A stretch of DNA of 64,000 nucleotides from Acidimicrobiia bacterium (GTDB taxonomy: Bacteria; Actinomycetota; Acidimicrobiia; Spongiisociales; Spongiisociaceae), in contig JBFGLM010000006.1 of the NCBI GenBank assembly GCA_041576165.1, forward strand, positions 1-64,000. Reading direction: 5' to 3'. Below are positions 54,647 to 64,000 of the stretch, piece after piece; positions within the stretch are counted from its first letter, which is position 1; each line of letters opens with the position of its first letter. A program made the position numbers and the translations under genes. The notes beneath the pieces were generated by a model that was not told where the DNA came from, made no database searches, and saw only the letters and a list, made by a program, of their open reading frames with translations.

Positions 54647-55618
54647 TCACCACAACCACGGAATCATGCGGCGCGGTGTGGACCTCCGATACGCCCCGTA
54701 GTCCGGGTAGATCCTCTCCAGCCTCCGTTCCTCGAACCGAGCCTTGACCGAGAAGAACGCCGCCGTCACGAGGGCCAGTCCCAGTCCCACCCAAGACCGG
54801 AGTGCTAGAGCAAAACCCACCGCCCCCAGCGAAACCGCTCCGTACAGCGGATGGCGCACCAAGCGATAAGCGCCGCAGGTCACCAAGCGAGCTCCCTCGA
54901 GCGGTTCCGGGAACGGGGTCAGATCCCGACCCAGGGACACCGCGCCACCGGCGCCCAGCGCCGCCCCGGCAATCAGCAAAGCCCCACCAAGTGCCGGCAC
55001 CAGCCCGCCGACCGCAGAAATCTGGTGTCGGTAGGTGATCGAGGTAGCTCCCAACGCTCCCAGCAGCACTGCCTGGGTCGCCACCCACACCCCACCCCGA
55101 GAGCCGGAACCATTCGCGCGTGGTTCGAGCCGGGCCCAGCCGGGACCCTCCATCAGGTCCAGATCCTGATCTGCCACCATCCGGAGCTCGGCCAGCAGAT
55201 CACGGCCGAGCGGATCCACCGCGTCGGGCCATACGGCCAGCAGCGGCTCGAGCACGAAGCGCCGTTCGTGAAAACGGGGGTGAGGCACTGTCAGCTGCTC
55301 AGTGTCGATCACGCGCTCGCCGTAGAGAATCAGGTCGAGGTCGAGAGTGCGGGGTCCCCACCGTACCTCTCGGACCCGACCCGCCGCGGCCTCCACTCCA
55401 TGCAGCGCCCGCAGCAGCTCAGCGGGTCCGAGGTCGGTGTCGAGGAGCACAACTGCGTTGAGGTAGGCCCCCTGATCGGGACCGCCCACCGGTGCCGTCT
55501 CGTACAGCGGCGAGACGGCCACAACGGTGCCGAGCTCCGACAAGCCGGCCAACCCGGTCGCCAGGTGGCGGCGGCGATCGCCCAGGTTCGACCCGATCGC
55601 GACAGCTGTCCGCGTCAT
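54647..55618 (-). CDS. folK: HPPK (FolK) fused to a C-terminal ICMT/PEMT-like membrane methyltransferase domain
   Basis: GSNLGDR, S.LYET.PVG, YLNAV, WGPRTLDLDL and PHPR..ER.FVL.PL; then TMs, LV..GAY..VRHPLY and EE..L...Y..Y..Y. Confidence 0.92.
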   Translation of the reverse strand: MTRTAVAIGSNLGDRRRHLATGLAGLSELGTVVAVSPLYETAPVGGPDQGAYLNAVVLLDTDLGPAELLRALHGVEAAAGRVREVRWGPRTLDLDLILYGERVIDTEQLTVPHPRFHERRFVLEPLLAVWPDAVDPLGRDLLAELRMVADQDLDLMEGPGWARLEPRANGSGSRGGVWVATQAVLLGALGATSITYRHQISAVGGLVPALGGALLIAGAALGAGGAVSLGRDLTPFPEPLEGARLVTCGAYRLVRHPLYGAVSLGAVGFALALRSWVGLGLALVTAAFFSVKARFEERRLERIYPDYGAYRRSTPRRMIPWLW

Positions 55619-55980
55619 CGTGTCCGTGTGATCGACACCACCACATCGGAGAACGCCACTGTGATCGCCGCATGCGGCTTGTGAACGGACACATCGACGG
55701 CGTTCACACGCGGGTCCTCGAGCACTACATCGGCGATTCGTTCGGCGACGCGCTCGATGAGCTGATGCTGTTCTTTCGCCACCCGATCGTGGATGGCCGT
55801 AGCCATGCGGCCGTAGTCCACCGTGTCGGCCAATTTGTCGGAGGCGCCCGCCGCCGTCAGGTCTGCGTAGATCGTGACATCAACGATGAACACCTGCCCG
55901 GTCTCACGCTCGTCGCCGAAGACGCCATGGTGCGCAAAGACCTTGAGACCACGGAGATGGATCCGATCCAAGGCGCTCAA
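55615..55980 (-). CDS. folB: Dihydroneopterin aldolase
   Basis: DRI.L.GL...HHGV...E...GQ.F.VD, D.L.DTVDY, LIE.VAE and HKP.A motifs. Confidence 0.96.
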   Translation of the reverse strand: MSALDRIHLRGLKVFAHHGVFGDERETGQVFIVDVTIYADLTAAGASDKLADTVDYGRMATAIHDRVAKEQHQLIERVAERIADVVLEDPRVNAVDVSVHKPHAAITVAFSDVVVSITRTR

Positions 55981-56450
55981 CCGCCCGGGATCAGGGCTCG
56001 GCCCTCAGGTCCAATGGGGCGGCCGATTATCTCCTGGATGACGGCGGCTGCCACGATCTGGTTCTCGATCAAACCGGAATGGACCAGGAAACCTGCCAGG
56101 AGCCCAGCGACGGTGTCGTCGAGGTGATCGCGATGGACCAGCACGACGGCGGCGGCGTCCGACAACAGCTCAGTGAGGGTGCCGAAGATCCGCTTGACGT
56201 CCTCGGGGGTCACTTCACCTTCCAAGGGCTGATGGATGACCGAGAGACCGGCGTCTTCGTAGCTCGCAAGGTTCTGGTTACCGGTCAAGAGTGAGAGCAC
56301 GGTGGTCACGCCGTTCTCACGCAGCCAAGCGATCTCTTCCTCGCGCCGGACGCGCCGGTGCTGGAAACCATGCCCGCCGATACGTTCCGCGACCGCCAGC
56401 TTGCTGGCGATCACCCAAACAAACTGGCGTGGCTTCAACCCCGTCGCCAA
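55977..56450 (-). CDS. Protein-tyrosine/dual-specificity phosphatase-like protein lacking CX5R
   Basis: F.WVI..KLA...R.GG, WL...GV..V.SL and VLVHRD (in place of VHC..G..R); TTG start with SD-like sequence. Confidence 0.65.
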   Translation of the reverse strand: MATGLKPRQFVWVIASKLAVAERIGGHGFQHRRVRREEEIAWLRENGVTTVLSLLTGNQNLASYEDAGLSVIHQPLEGEVTPEDVKRIFGTLTELLSDAAAVVLVHRDHLDDTVAGLLAGFLVHSGLIENQIVAAAVIQEIIGRPIGPEGRALIPGG

Positions 56451-56472
56451 CGATCCCCGTCCCTCTCCGTTC

Positions 56473-57288
56473 TCACGAACGCACGATAGCCTCGGCCACG
56501 CGCCTGGCGTCCTCCGCAGCCCCAACGTTGTGGGCCCGCACGACAAAAACCCCGGCAGCGACCGCCAGTGCAACAGTCGCCGCCGTGGCAACGTCTCGTT
56601 GGTCGACGTCCCGGCCGGTGATCTTCCCGAGGAACGCCTTGCGAGACGTCCCGAGCACGACCGGAAATCCCGTCGCCACGAATTCGTGAATGTGAGAGAG
56701 CAGCGTGAGGTTGTGGTCGATCGTCTTGCCGAATCCGATGCCGGGATCGATCGCGATCGAGTCCCGGTCCACGCCCCCCGCGTGGGCGGCCTCGGCGCGG
56801 CGCAGCAGTTCAGCGAGAACGTCCCGGACTACGTCGTCGTACCGCGGATCGATTTGCATGGTCCGTGGTGTCCCCTGCATATGCATGATGATCAGCCCGG
56901 CGCCTGTGCTGGCCGCCACCCCGACCATGTCCGGGTCGCTCAAACCGGTGACGTCGTTGATGATGCAGGCGCCGGCTTCGAGTGCGGCGGCGGCAACGGT
57001 GGCCTTCGATGTATCGATCGATACCAGAGCCCCTTCGGCTGCCAAGCTTCGAACCACCGGGAGCACCCGGGCCAGCTCCTCATCTGCCGCTACTTCGTTC
57101 GCGCCGGGACGGGTCGATTCTCCGCCCACGTCGAGAATCCGCGCCCCTTCACCCCAGAGGCGCCGGCCGTGTGCGATGGCTGCGTCCGGATCGAGATAGT
57201 CACCCCCGTCGGAGAACGAATCAGGTGTGACGTTGACGATTCCCATGACCAGCGATGACTCGAGGCTGTGCTCACGCACGCGCCACAC
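56473..57288 (-). CDS. folP: Dihydropteroate synthase
   Basis: MGIVNVTPDSFSDGG, DVGGESTRPG, SIDT, INDV, DPGIGFGK, SRK.F and R.H.V motifs. Confidence 0.97.
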   Translation of the reverse strand: MWRVREHSLESSLVMGIVNVTPDSFSDGGDYLDPDAAIAHGRRLWGEGARILDVGGESTRPGANEVAADEELARVLPVVRSLAAEGALVSIDTSKATVAAAALEAGACIINDVTGLSDPDMVGVAASTGAGLIIMHMQGTPRTMQIDPRYDDVVRDVLAELLRRAEAAHAGGVDRDSIAIDPGIGFGKTIDHNLTLLSHIHEFVATGFPVVLGTSRKAFLGKITGRDVDQRDVATAATVALAVAAGVFVVRAHNVGAAEDARRVAEAIVRS

Positions 57289-57295
57289 GCTGATG

Positions 57296-57886
57296 TCACC
57301 TGCCTCCGTTGAGGAGTGAGAAGGCCTCCGCCCGGGTGGCGGCGTTCTCGGCGAAGATGCCGCGAACGGCCGAGGTGATCGTCAACGCGCCCGGTTTCTT
57401 GACACCGCGCATGCCCATACAGAGATGTTCGGCCTCGATCACGACCGCCACCCCGCTGGGTTCGAGCGCCTCCATCAATGCTTCCGCCACCTGGGTCGTC
57501 AGCCGCTCTTGCATTTGGGGACGTTTGGCAAAACCCTCCACCAGGCGCGCCAGTTTGGAGAGGCCGGTCACCTTGCCGTCCGGCATGTAGGCCACATGGG
57601 CCTGGCCGTGGAACGGCAGAAAATGGTGCTCGCACATGGAATAGAAAGGTATGTCACGCACCATGACCAGTTCTTGATGGTTCTCGTCTGAGAACACCGT
57701 GGTTAGTTCCTCGCACGGGTCGTGACCGATTCCCGAGAACACCTCGGTGTACATCTTGGCCACTCGGCGCGGGGTGTTGAGCAAACCTTCGCGATCGGGG
57801 TCCTCGCCGAGGGCAATCAGAATGTCGCGCACCGCGGCCTCGATCCGTCCCAGGTCTGGGCTCCGAAGTTCGTGAACCGTCGCCAT
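57296..57886 (-). CDS. folE: GTP cyclohydrolase I
   Basis: [36 protein letters not shown] and H.CM.MRG motifs. Confidence 0.98.
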   Translation of the reverse strand: MATVHELRSPDLGRIEAAVRDILIALGEDPDREGLLNTPRRVAKMYTEVFSGIGHDPCEELTTVFSDENHQELVMVRDIPFYSMCEHHFLPFHGQAHVAYMPDGKVTGLSKLARLVEGFAKRPQMQERLTTQVAEALMEALEPSGVAVVIEAEHLCMGMRGVKKPGALTITSAVRGIFAENAATRAEAFSLLNGGR

Positions 57887-59811
57887 CAGCGTGCTTCCGA
57901 GCGAGCGGCCGCGACACCGTCTGCGGGCGTTTGCTCCTTCTGAGCCGGTGCCTGAATCCTGCCAGACACGTCGTCATCGGCGTGTTCCCACTTGCGCACG
58001 TCGAAGAAGATCTCCCCGACTTCCTTGGCGCTCACCGTCTCCTGGTCGATCAGGTGCTCCGCAATACGGTGCAGCGCATCCACGTGGGTGGTGAGTATCT
58101 CGCGCGCCTCATCGTGCGCCTGGGAGATCAGTGCCCGGACCTCATCGTCGATGTTGGAGGCGACGTCATCCGAGTAGTCCTGCTGCTGAGAGTAATCACG
58201 CCCCAGAAACACCTCGCCGGTCGACTTGCCATATTTCATGGGACCGAGCTTGTCGCTCATGCCGTAGTCCATGACCATCCGGCGGGCGAGCTCGGTGGCT
58301 TTCTCGATGTCGTTCGAGGCGCCGGTGGTGGGGTCGACGAAGATCAGTTCCTCAGCCGCCCGGCCCCCCATCAGCATCGCCAGCTGATCGATCAGCTCGC
58401 TCTTGCGCATGTAGTTCTTGTCTTCGACGGGCAGCGCCAGCGTGTAGCCGCCCGCTCGACCGCGGGGAATGATCGTGACCTTGTGGATCGGGTCGGCGTT
58501 GGGCAGCGCGAAACCGACGAGCGCGTGGCCGCCCTCGTGGTAGGCGGTGATCTTCTTCTCGGTGTCCGACATGACTCGACTCTTGCGTTCGGGGCCGGCG
58601 ATCACGCGGTCGATCGCCTCTTCCAGTTCGTCCATCGAGATCTTGGTCTTGTTACGGCGCGCGGCCAGGAGAGCCGCCTCGTTGATCAAGTTGGCGAGGT
58701 CGGCACCGGTGAAGCCGGGGGTCTGGCGGGCTAGCACCTCGACGTCGATCTCTTCTTCCAGCGGCTTGCCCTTGGCGTGCACGCCCAGGATGGCCTGCCG
58801 GCCCTTCAGGTCGGGTCGATCAACCACGATTTGCCGGTCGAATCGGCCGGGGCGCAGCAGCGCGGGGTCGAGAATGTCGGGGCGGTTGGTGCCGGCGATG
58901 ACGATGACGCCGCTCGACACGTCGAACCCATCGAGTTCCACCAGCAGCTGGTTCAGCGTCTGCTCACGTTCGTCGTGGCCACCGCCCAGGCCGGCACCAC
59001 GGTGACGCCCGACGGCATCGATCTCGTCGATGAACACGATGGCCGGAGCCTGGGCCTTGGCCTGTTCGAAGAGGTCGCGAACCCGGCTGGCGCCGACACC
59101 CACGAACATCTCGACGAAATCCGAGCCCGAAATCGAAAAGAACGGAACCCCGGCTTCGCCGGCCACCGCCCGGGCCAGCAGTGTCTTGCCGGTGCCCGGC
59201 GGCCCGTACAGCAGCACACCTTTGGGAATCTTGGCGCCCATCGCCCGAAACTTCTGAGGGGACTGCAAGAATTCCTTTAGCTCATGCAGCTCCTCGATTG
59301 CCTCTTCGAGACCGGCTACGTCGCTGAACGTGACCTTCGGTTGATCCTTCGTTACTTGTTTCGCCTTGGCCTTCCCGAACTGCATCACCCGGCTGCCGCC
59401 GCCCTGCATCTGCATGACGATGAACACCATGAAGCCAAGCAGGAACAGCCATGGCAAGAAGCTGATGAAGAAATCGAACAGGGTGGGCGGTTCGGGATCG
59501 GTGACAAAATCGATGTTGTCGTTCGCCAGCAGATCTTCTGTCAGCTGGCCCTCGAATTCGGACGGGTAGTTCGTGGTGAACTCCACCGCACCGTCGGTCG
59601 CCGGGATCGGTTCGCGCAAGGTGCCTTCGATGACGAGCGACTTCTCCAGCAAGGTGACCTTTTCGATGTTGCCCGCCGCCAGCTGGGCCTGGAATTGATC
59701 GAGGCTGAGCTCCTCCGGGGCAACGGCGGTGGTGAACAACCGCTGACCGAGGATGATCAGCAGAAACACCACGAGGCCATATACCAACAGGGTTCGAGAA
59801 GTTCGATTCAC
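57886..59811 (-). CDS. ftsH: ATP-dependent zinc metalloprotease FtsH
   Basis: Two TMs; [30 protein letters not shown] and GASNDIE motifs. Confidence 0.98.
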   Translation of the reverse strand: MNRTSRTLLVYGLVVFLLIILGQRLFTTAVAPEELSLDQFQAQLAAGNIEKVTLLEKSLVIEGTLREPIPATDGAVEFTTNYPSEFEGQLTEDLLANDNIDFVTDPEPPTLFDFFISFLPWLFLLGFMVFIVMQMQGGGSRVMQFGKAKAKQVTKDQPKVTFSDVAGLEEAIEELHELKEFLQSPQKFRAMGAKIPKGVLLYGPPGTGKTLLARAVAGEAGVPFFSISGSDFVEMFVGVGASRVRDLFEQAKAQAPAIVFIDEIDAVGRHRGAGLGGGHDEREQTLNQLLVELDGFDVSSGVIVIAGTNRPDILDPALLRPGRFDRQIVVDRPDLKGRQAILGVHAKGKPLEEEIDVEVLARQTPGFTGADLANLINEAALLAARRNKTKISMDELEEAIDRVIAGPERKSRVMSDTEKKITAYHEGGHALVGFALPNADPIHKVTIIPRGRAGGYTLALPVEDKNYMRKSELIDQLAMLMGGRAAEELIFVDPTTGASNDIEKATELARRMVMDYGMSDKLGPMKYGKSTGEVFLGRDYSQQQDYSDDVASNIDDEVRALISQAHDEAREILTTHVDALHRIAEHLIDQETVSAKEVGEIFFDVRKWEHADDDVSGRIQAPAQKEQTPADGVAAARSEAR

Positions 59812-59972
59812 GTGGTTCCTCTTGCGGACAAATCACTCTGAGCGTGAGCCGAGCGGTGTGGCAGCCATCCAGGTGCCTATCGCACTCCGGAACGCCCGCC
59901 TAACCGTATCAAACCCCGCCAGGGCTGCCCACCATGGTATGGCGATCCTGCGATTATGTAGACCTGCAGGCC

Positions 59973-60500
59973 TCACCGTTCATGCTCTTCGAGCACGCCG
60001 ATGTACGGAACGTTGCGGTATTTCCCGGCGTAGTCCAGCCCGTAGCCGATGACGAAATCGGGCCCAATGCTGAAGCCCATGTACTTCACGTCGATCGACA
60101 CGCTCTGAATCCCCTCTTTCACGAGCAGTGCGGCCACCTCCAGCGTCGCCGGCCGCCGCACCCGAAGGCTCTTGAGCAGGTAGTTGAGGGTTAGCCCCGA
60201 ATCGATGATGTCCTCGACGATGATCACGTCACGTCCCGCGATCTCCTGGTCGAGGTCCTTGAGAATGCGAACGACGCCAGAGGTCTGGGTTGCGGCACCA
60301 TAGGACGACACCGCCATGAAATCGAACTCAACCGGGAGGTCGATCGCCCGCGCGAGGTCGGCCATAACGACGAAAGCGCCCTTCAGCACCGCCACCATCA
60401 GCACATCCCGGCCCTGATAGTCGGCGGTGATGGCCGCTCCCATCTCGGCGATCTTGGCGGCGATCTCCTCTTCCGAGATCAGCACCCGGCCTGCTCTCAC
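59973..60500 (-). CDS. hpt: Hypoxanthine phosphoribosyltransferase
   Basis: VLKGA, SSYG..T.TSG.V, VEDIIDSGLTL and FVIGYGLDY...YRN.P motifs; AGGAGG SD before GTG. Confidence 0.97.
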   Translation of the reverse strand: MRAGRVLISEEEIAAKIAEMGAAITADYQGRDVLMVAVLKGAFVVMADLARAIDLPVEFDFMAVSSYGAATQTSGVVRILKDLDQEIAGRDVIIVEDIIDSGLTLNYLLKSLRVRRPATLEVAALLVKEGIQSVSIDVKYMGFSIGPDFVIGYGLDYAGKYRNVPYIGVLEEHER

Positions 60501-61798
60501 GGTCCCTCCTGTACGGCGCCGACGCAAAGGTAGCGCCGCGTGCCCTCTCCCACCCAACCGACAAAGGCTCGCCGCACGCCCGGAATCCAGATCACGTCGG
60601 CGCCGGCTGCCACCACCGGCCACGAAGCCGCCACCGAAGCGTCAAGTCCGGCTTCGGCGAAGGCGGCCTTGAGGGCCTTCGTGCCGGAGCGCAGCCGAAT
60701 GATGTCGGATTCGGTGCCCGGCCGCACCTGGACCGTCGTGGGGATCTCGTCGGCATCGAACACCTCCGCCCACGGCGAGAGAGAGAAGTGTGAAGGCGCC
60801 GCATCGGAGATGTGTCCCTCGAACCGCCATGTCGCCCAATCGAGCGTGCCCAGCCAGTCCCACGCGACTCGGCCGGGAACGGGCTGGCGTTCGTTCACGA
60901 TTTCAAGTCGCTGGCCCACCCGGCGCACCGTGAGGCCGGCCGGCACCGCGGCGGCACCACCCTCGCGGGCGATCCGCCGAATCTCCTCCACATCCTGGAA
61001 ACGCAACCCCCGGTCCGCTCCCGCGGCGGCCAGCCCGGCCCGGATGGCCCGTCGGGCCAGCGCCACCGGAAGTGTGTTGAGGACCGGGCAGACGAGGCCC
61101 GATCCGGCCCGGCGGGCCGTTTCGGCGGCCAGATACGCCACATCGTCCTCCACCAGGCGGGCAAACCTCGCCAGCGCGACCGAGGTGCCCGGAGCCACCG
61201 AACCTTCGATGTCCCCGAGCAGTCGCAAACGGATGAAGTTGCGGCGCAACGCCAGGTCCAGGTTGGCCGGGTCGTCCCGGTACGGGAGCGCGATGAGGGC
61301 CGCCAGCTCTCGGAGTTCCTCCCGCCTGATGCCGAGGAGCGGGCGGTGGATCCGGTCCCGCTGGCGGGGCATGCCGGCGAGCCCGCCTAGGCCTGTGCCC
61401 CGCAAGAGATTGCCGAGCACCGTTTCGGCTTGGTCATCGAGGGTGTGGCCCGTCAACAGCATTTCATCGGGTGCCAACGCCGCCGTCAGCGCCTCGTACC
61501 GGGCGTCACGGGCTGCGGCTTCGGGCGACGAACCCTGCCTGGGTTCGACCGACACCACCTCGATCGGCAGGGCGAGGTGGTCGGCTACGGCGCGGGCGGC
61601 GTTCTCCATCCGGTCGCTGATCGGCCAACCGTGGTGGACGTGGAGCGCCCGCCCCGGTCCGCCCCGTAGCTGTGCCAGCCAGGCGAGTACGCCCGAGTCG
61701 GCGCCGCCGCTCAGCGCGATCAACCAGGGAGCAGGGGGCAGCTCGGCTCGGTCTTGGACCGAGTCGGTCAGAGCCTTCAGCCGACTCGACCGAGCCAC
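60497..61798 (-). CDS. tilS: tRNA(Ile)-lysidine synthetase
   Basis: SGGADS PP-loop, EAAAR.ARY, GHT.DDQAET, RPLL and DPAN.....RN.IR motifs. Confidence 0.93.
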   Translation of the reverse strand: MARSSRLKALTDSVQDRAELPPAPWLIALSGGADSGVLAWLAQLRGGPGRALHVHHGWPISDRMENAARAVADHLALPIEVVSVEPRQGSSPEAAARDARYEALTAALAPDEMLLTGHTLDDQAETVLGNLLRGTGLGGLAGMPRQRDRIHRPLLGIRREELRELAALIALPYRDDPANLDLALRRNFIRLRLLGDIEGSVAPGTSVALARFARLVEDDVAYLAAETARRAGSGLVCPVLNTLPVALARRAIRAGLAAAGADRGLRFQDVEEIRRIAREGGAAAVPAGLTVRRVGQRLEIVNERQPVPGRVAWDWLGTLDWATWRFEGHISDAAPSHFSLSPWAEVFDADEIPTTVQVRPGTESDIIRLRSGTKALKAAFAEAGLDASVAASWPVVAAGADVIWIPGVRRAFVGWVGEGTRRYLCVGAVQEGP

Positions 61799-62817
61799 GT
61801 CTCCGGGTCCTCTATCTCGGCCCGGGTTGGGAGCGAGTCGGGCCCCTCCCACGCGGCGTCGATAGCAGACCAACCGGCCCGCCGCTCGACCGCTTTGACG
61901 AACCGCTCGCCCAATTCGTACTGGCGCAGTTTCATCTCCATCCCTGTGAGGCGCATGAAGGCCGCCATCCGGGGATCCTTGCGGCGACTCTTCAAAAGGC
62001 CGGACATCCGCTTTTGCGTGACCAACGTCCGGGCCCCGATGCGGTCCATGACGACATGGCCATGTCCCTCCAGCAACGACATCAGCGCCTGCACCCGGTC
62101 GATCGACTCGCGTTGCTCCGGGGTAGCGAAGAGACCGAGCAGCCCGGCCTCGCCGACGAGGGGTTCGCCGTCCGATCCGGCCCGGCGGACCTCAGCTATC
62201 AGCCTGGCCAGCCGACCCGGGTCGGGTTTGGCCATGCTCATCAGTTCCTGAATCAAGCCGAGGAAATAGTCCTGCATCCACGGCACACCCACGAACTGAA
62301 GCCGGTGGGTCGATTCATGCAGCGCCAGCCAGAATCGAAACTCGGAGGGCCGGAACTGGTGCTGGCGCTCGAGTGCGAGGATGTTCGGAGCGACGAGGTA
62401 GACCGTGTCACCTGAGCCTGCCGCCGGCAGCACGAGCTCGTACTGGCCGAGGACGCGCCGGGCCAGCACGCCGAGCAGGGCGCCCATCTCGGCCGCGGCG
62501 AACCTCTGGCCGAGTACCGACACCGACCGCCCCGAATCTCCCAGGCGCTCTGCGATCGCTTTCTCAGCCGGAGCCAGCAAGACGCTGAAGAACTCGAGGT
62601 TGCGCTCGACCCACTCCCGGCGACCGATCACCATTACGTCGGGCCGGCCGTCGCCCACCAGACCCGTCTCGTCGACGACCATGGCGGCGGCCCGGTGGAC
62701 CAGATCGGGCGCCTGCTGCGCGAGAGCTTCGAAGTGATACGTGTGCTCGAGTGGGTGTGAGCCCGCGACCCGGGCGGCAATCTTGGCGGCCGAGTCCCAG
62801 CGGATGGTGGAGGTCAC
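61777..62817 (-). CDS. Zinc-dependent metalloprotease-like protein (DUF2342 / F420-associated family)
   Basis: VLGQYE, V.PNI, F..WLALHESTHRLQF, MSLLEGH and K.RQY..GE.FV motifs; upstream of tilS as in other Actinobacteria. Confidence 0.88.
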   Translation of the reverse strand: MTSTIRWDSAAKIAARVAGSHPLEHTYHFEALAQQAPDLVHRAAAMVVDETGLVGDGRPDVMVIGRREWVERNLEFFSVLLAPAEKAIAERLGDSGRSVSVLGQRFAAAEMGALLGVLARRVLGQYELVLPAAGSGDTVYLVAPNILALERQHQFRPSEFRFWLALHESTHRLQFVGVPWMQDYFLGLIQELMSMAKPDPGRLARLIAEVRRAGSDGEPLVGEAGLLGLFATPEQRESIDRVQALMSLLEGHGHVVMDRIGARTLVTQKRMSGLLKSRRKDPRMAAFMRLTGMEMKLRQYELGERFVKAVERRAGWSAIDAAWEGPDSLPTRAEIEDPETWLGRVG

Positions 62818-63185
62818 TCCACTACCCGGTACCGAGCCTTCGTGACCTTGACGAAGTACGCAATGATCGTCCCAATGACGGCCAAGCCTCCAAGGACAAG
62901 TGTCATCGGCACCAGGAATCGAAAGGTCCACTCAGGGGTGGCGGCAGCCTCATCTTCCGGCTCGATCGGCACAGCCGGTTCCGGTAGGTCCGCCGGGATG
63001 GACACCTCGGCACCTGCCGGGGCCTCTTCCCCTTCGGCCGGCTGCCCTTCGGTGTCGGCCGGCTGCTCGGTTTCCGCCGTGGCCAACACGATGCCGGGAG
63101 ACGCCATCGCCGGCAGCGACAGCGCCAGCAGCACTGCGACGAGCGAGATGAGGTAGGCAATGCGACGCATCATGGTGGTGGACAT
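62814..63185 (-). CDS. Hypothetical exported protein with C-terminal TM anchor
   Basis: Signal peptide, acidic Pro/Glu linker, C-terminal TM; TACAGT -10 box 6 nt before ATG. Confidence 0.7.
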   Translation of the reverse strand: MSTTMMRRIAYLISLVAVLLALSLPAMASPGIVLATAETEQPADTEGQPAEGEEAPAGAEVSIPADLPEPAVPIEPEDEAAATPEWTFRFLVPMTLVLGGLAVIGTIIAYFVKVTKARYRVVE

Positions 63186-63267
63186 GCGTGCACTGTAACT
63201 CACCCGGTTCCCGGCGAGGAAAATTGGAGACGACCGGGCGGCAGCCTGTCGTCGATCGCCCGAGCCG

Positions 63268-63501
63268 CTATTCGGGGTTCCGGAAATAGTCGCGCAGGCG
63301 CTCGATGAATTCGGTGGGAGGCTCGGCGCGCGAGCTTTCCCGGATCTTCTCCCGCAACCGCTGTTCGAATGCGAAACCGTCCGAGCAGTCATGGCATTTG
63401 CGAAGATGGAAACGGACCCGCACCCGTCGGTACCACGTAGCCTCTCCATCCAGGTAGGGATAGACCCGGGCAATGGTTTCGTCGCAGTTACGTTTCCCCA
63501 C
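63268..63501 (-). CDS. rsrA: Zinc-binding anti-sigma factor (RsrA/RshA-like)
   Basis: C.E....YPYLDGE and HLRKCHDC (HxxxCxxC) motifs; directly after the ECF sigma gene. Confidence 0.85.
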   Translation of the reverse strand: MGKRNCDETIARVYPYLDGEATWYRRVRVRFHLRKCHDCSDGFAFEQRLREKIRESSRAEPPTEFIERLRDYFRNPE

Positions 63502-64000
63502 CGTTGGCCTCTCGTTCTTGTGAGCCGGCGCCAACGAGCCCGCGCTCCTGTGCAAATTCCCACAACGTCTTCTGTAGAGCTTTTCTTCCGCGATGCAGCC
63601 GGGACATGACCGTTCCGATCGGGACGTCGAGAATGTCGGCAATCTCCTTGTACGCGAAGCCTTCGACATCCGCCAGCAACACGGGCATGCGGAAGTGTTC
63701 CGGAAGGGCCTCGACGGCGGAGATCACATCAGCTTCGGCGAACTGCTCGAGCACTTCCGCTTCGGCGCTGCGGCCGGCGTCGGCCGTTTGGGCAGAGCCG
63801 ATCCGCTTGTAGAGGTAGAGGTCTTCGACCTCGCCCAGGTCCACTTCGGTGGGCCGGCGTTGTGCCTTGCGGTAGCGGTTGATGTAGGTGTTGGTGAGGA
63901 TGCGGTAGAGCCACGCTTTGAGGTTGGTGCCTTCTTCGAAGGTGTCGTACGCCCGATAGGCCTTCAAGTAGGTCTCCTGCACGACATCCTCAGCGTCGGC
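63488..64000 (-). CDS. sigR: ECF sigma factor, SigR/SigH-type, 5'-truncated by window edge
   Basis: [40 protein letters not shown] and [13 protein letters not shown]...[13 protein letters not shown] motifs. Confidence 0.9.
   Translation of the reverse strand, partial: ADAEDVVQETYLKAYRAYDTFEEGTNLKAWLYRILTNTYINRYRKAQRRPTEVDLGEVEDLYLYKRIGSAQTADAGRSAEAEVLEQFAEADVISAVEALPEHFRMPVLLADVEGFAYKEIADILDVPIGTVMSRLHRGRKALQKTLWEFAQERGLVGAGSQEREANGGET

Noticed and set aside
1-64000. Hundreds of long alternative-frame and antisense ORFs (e.g. 1003-2517, 27648-29003, 45526-46746, 53065-54318, 60540-61865)
   Set aside because: They overlap well-supported genes, are Arg/Pro/Ala/Ser-rich and motif-free, and are the expected shadow ORFs of high-GC DNA

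Overview
High-GC actinobacterial chromosome segment. SLH-anchored proteins together with Bpa, DUF3263, SigR/RsrA, CarD and WS/DGAT suggest Acidimicrobiia; this lineage call is inference. Most genes are on the minus strand and belong to a conserved core block: sigR-rsrA, tilS-hpt-ftsH-folE-folP-X-folB-folK, lysS, clpC, radA-disA-carD-PIN/TRAM-ispD-ispF-cysS-rlmB. The window also holds a branched-chain amino acid ABC operon, a BMP nucleoside ABC operon with a nucleoside hydrolase, tRNA-Arg(CCT), tRNA-Thr(TGT) and assorted metabolic and envelope genes. I saw no CRISPR array, transposase, integrase or phage genes. The most unusual signals are: (1) a decayed four-helix-bundle (23S-IVS/Avd-like) gene missing from the ORF track, bracketed by oppositely oriented hexamer arrays that could pair around it in RNA, with a third orphan array near tRNA-Arg; (2) two copies of a ~143-bp MITE with 18-bp TIRs at near-identical CCAGCC-TNA-GG targets, one overlapping the radA stop codon; (3) 91-bp tRNA-linked tandem repeats; (4) a densely structured ~150-nt non-coding element between folK and lysS; (5) an SLH-anchored lysyl oxidase with Cu and LTQ residues apparently intact; (6) a FolK-methyltransferase fusion and a pseudo-phosphatase in the folate operon; (7) a candidate AUC start codon. 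All protein calls come from motif recognition by eye, not database searches.
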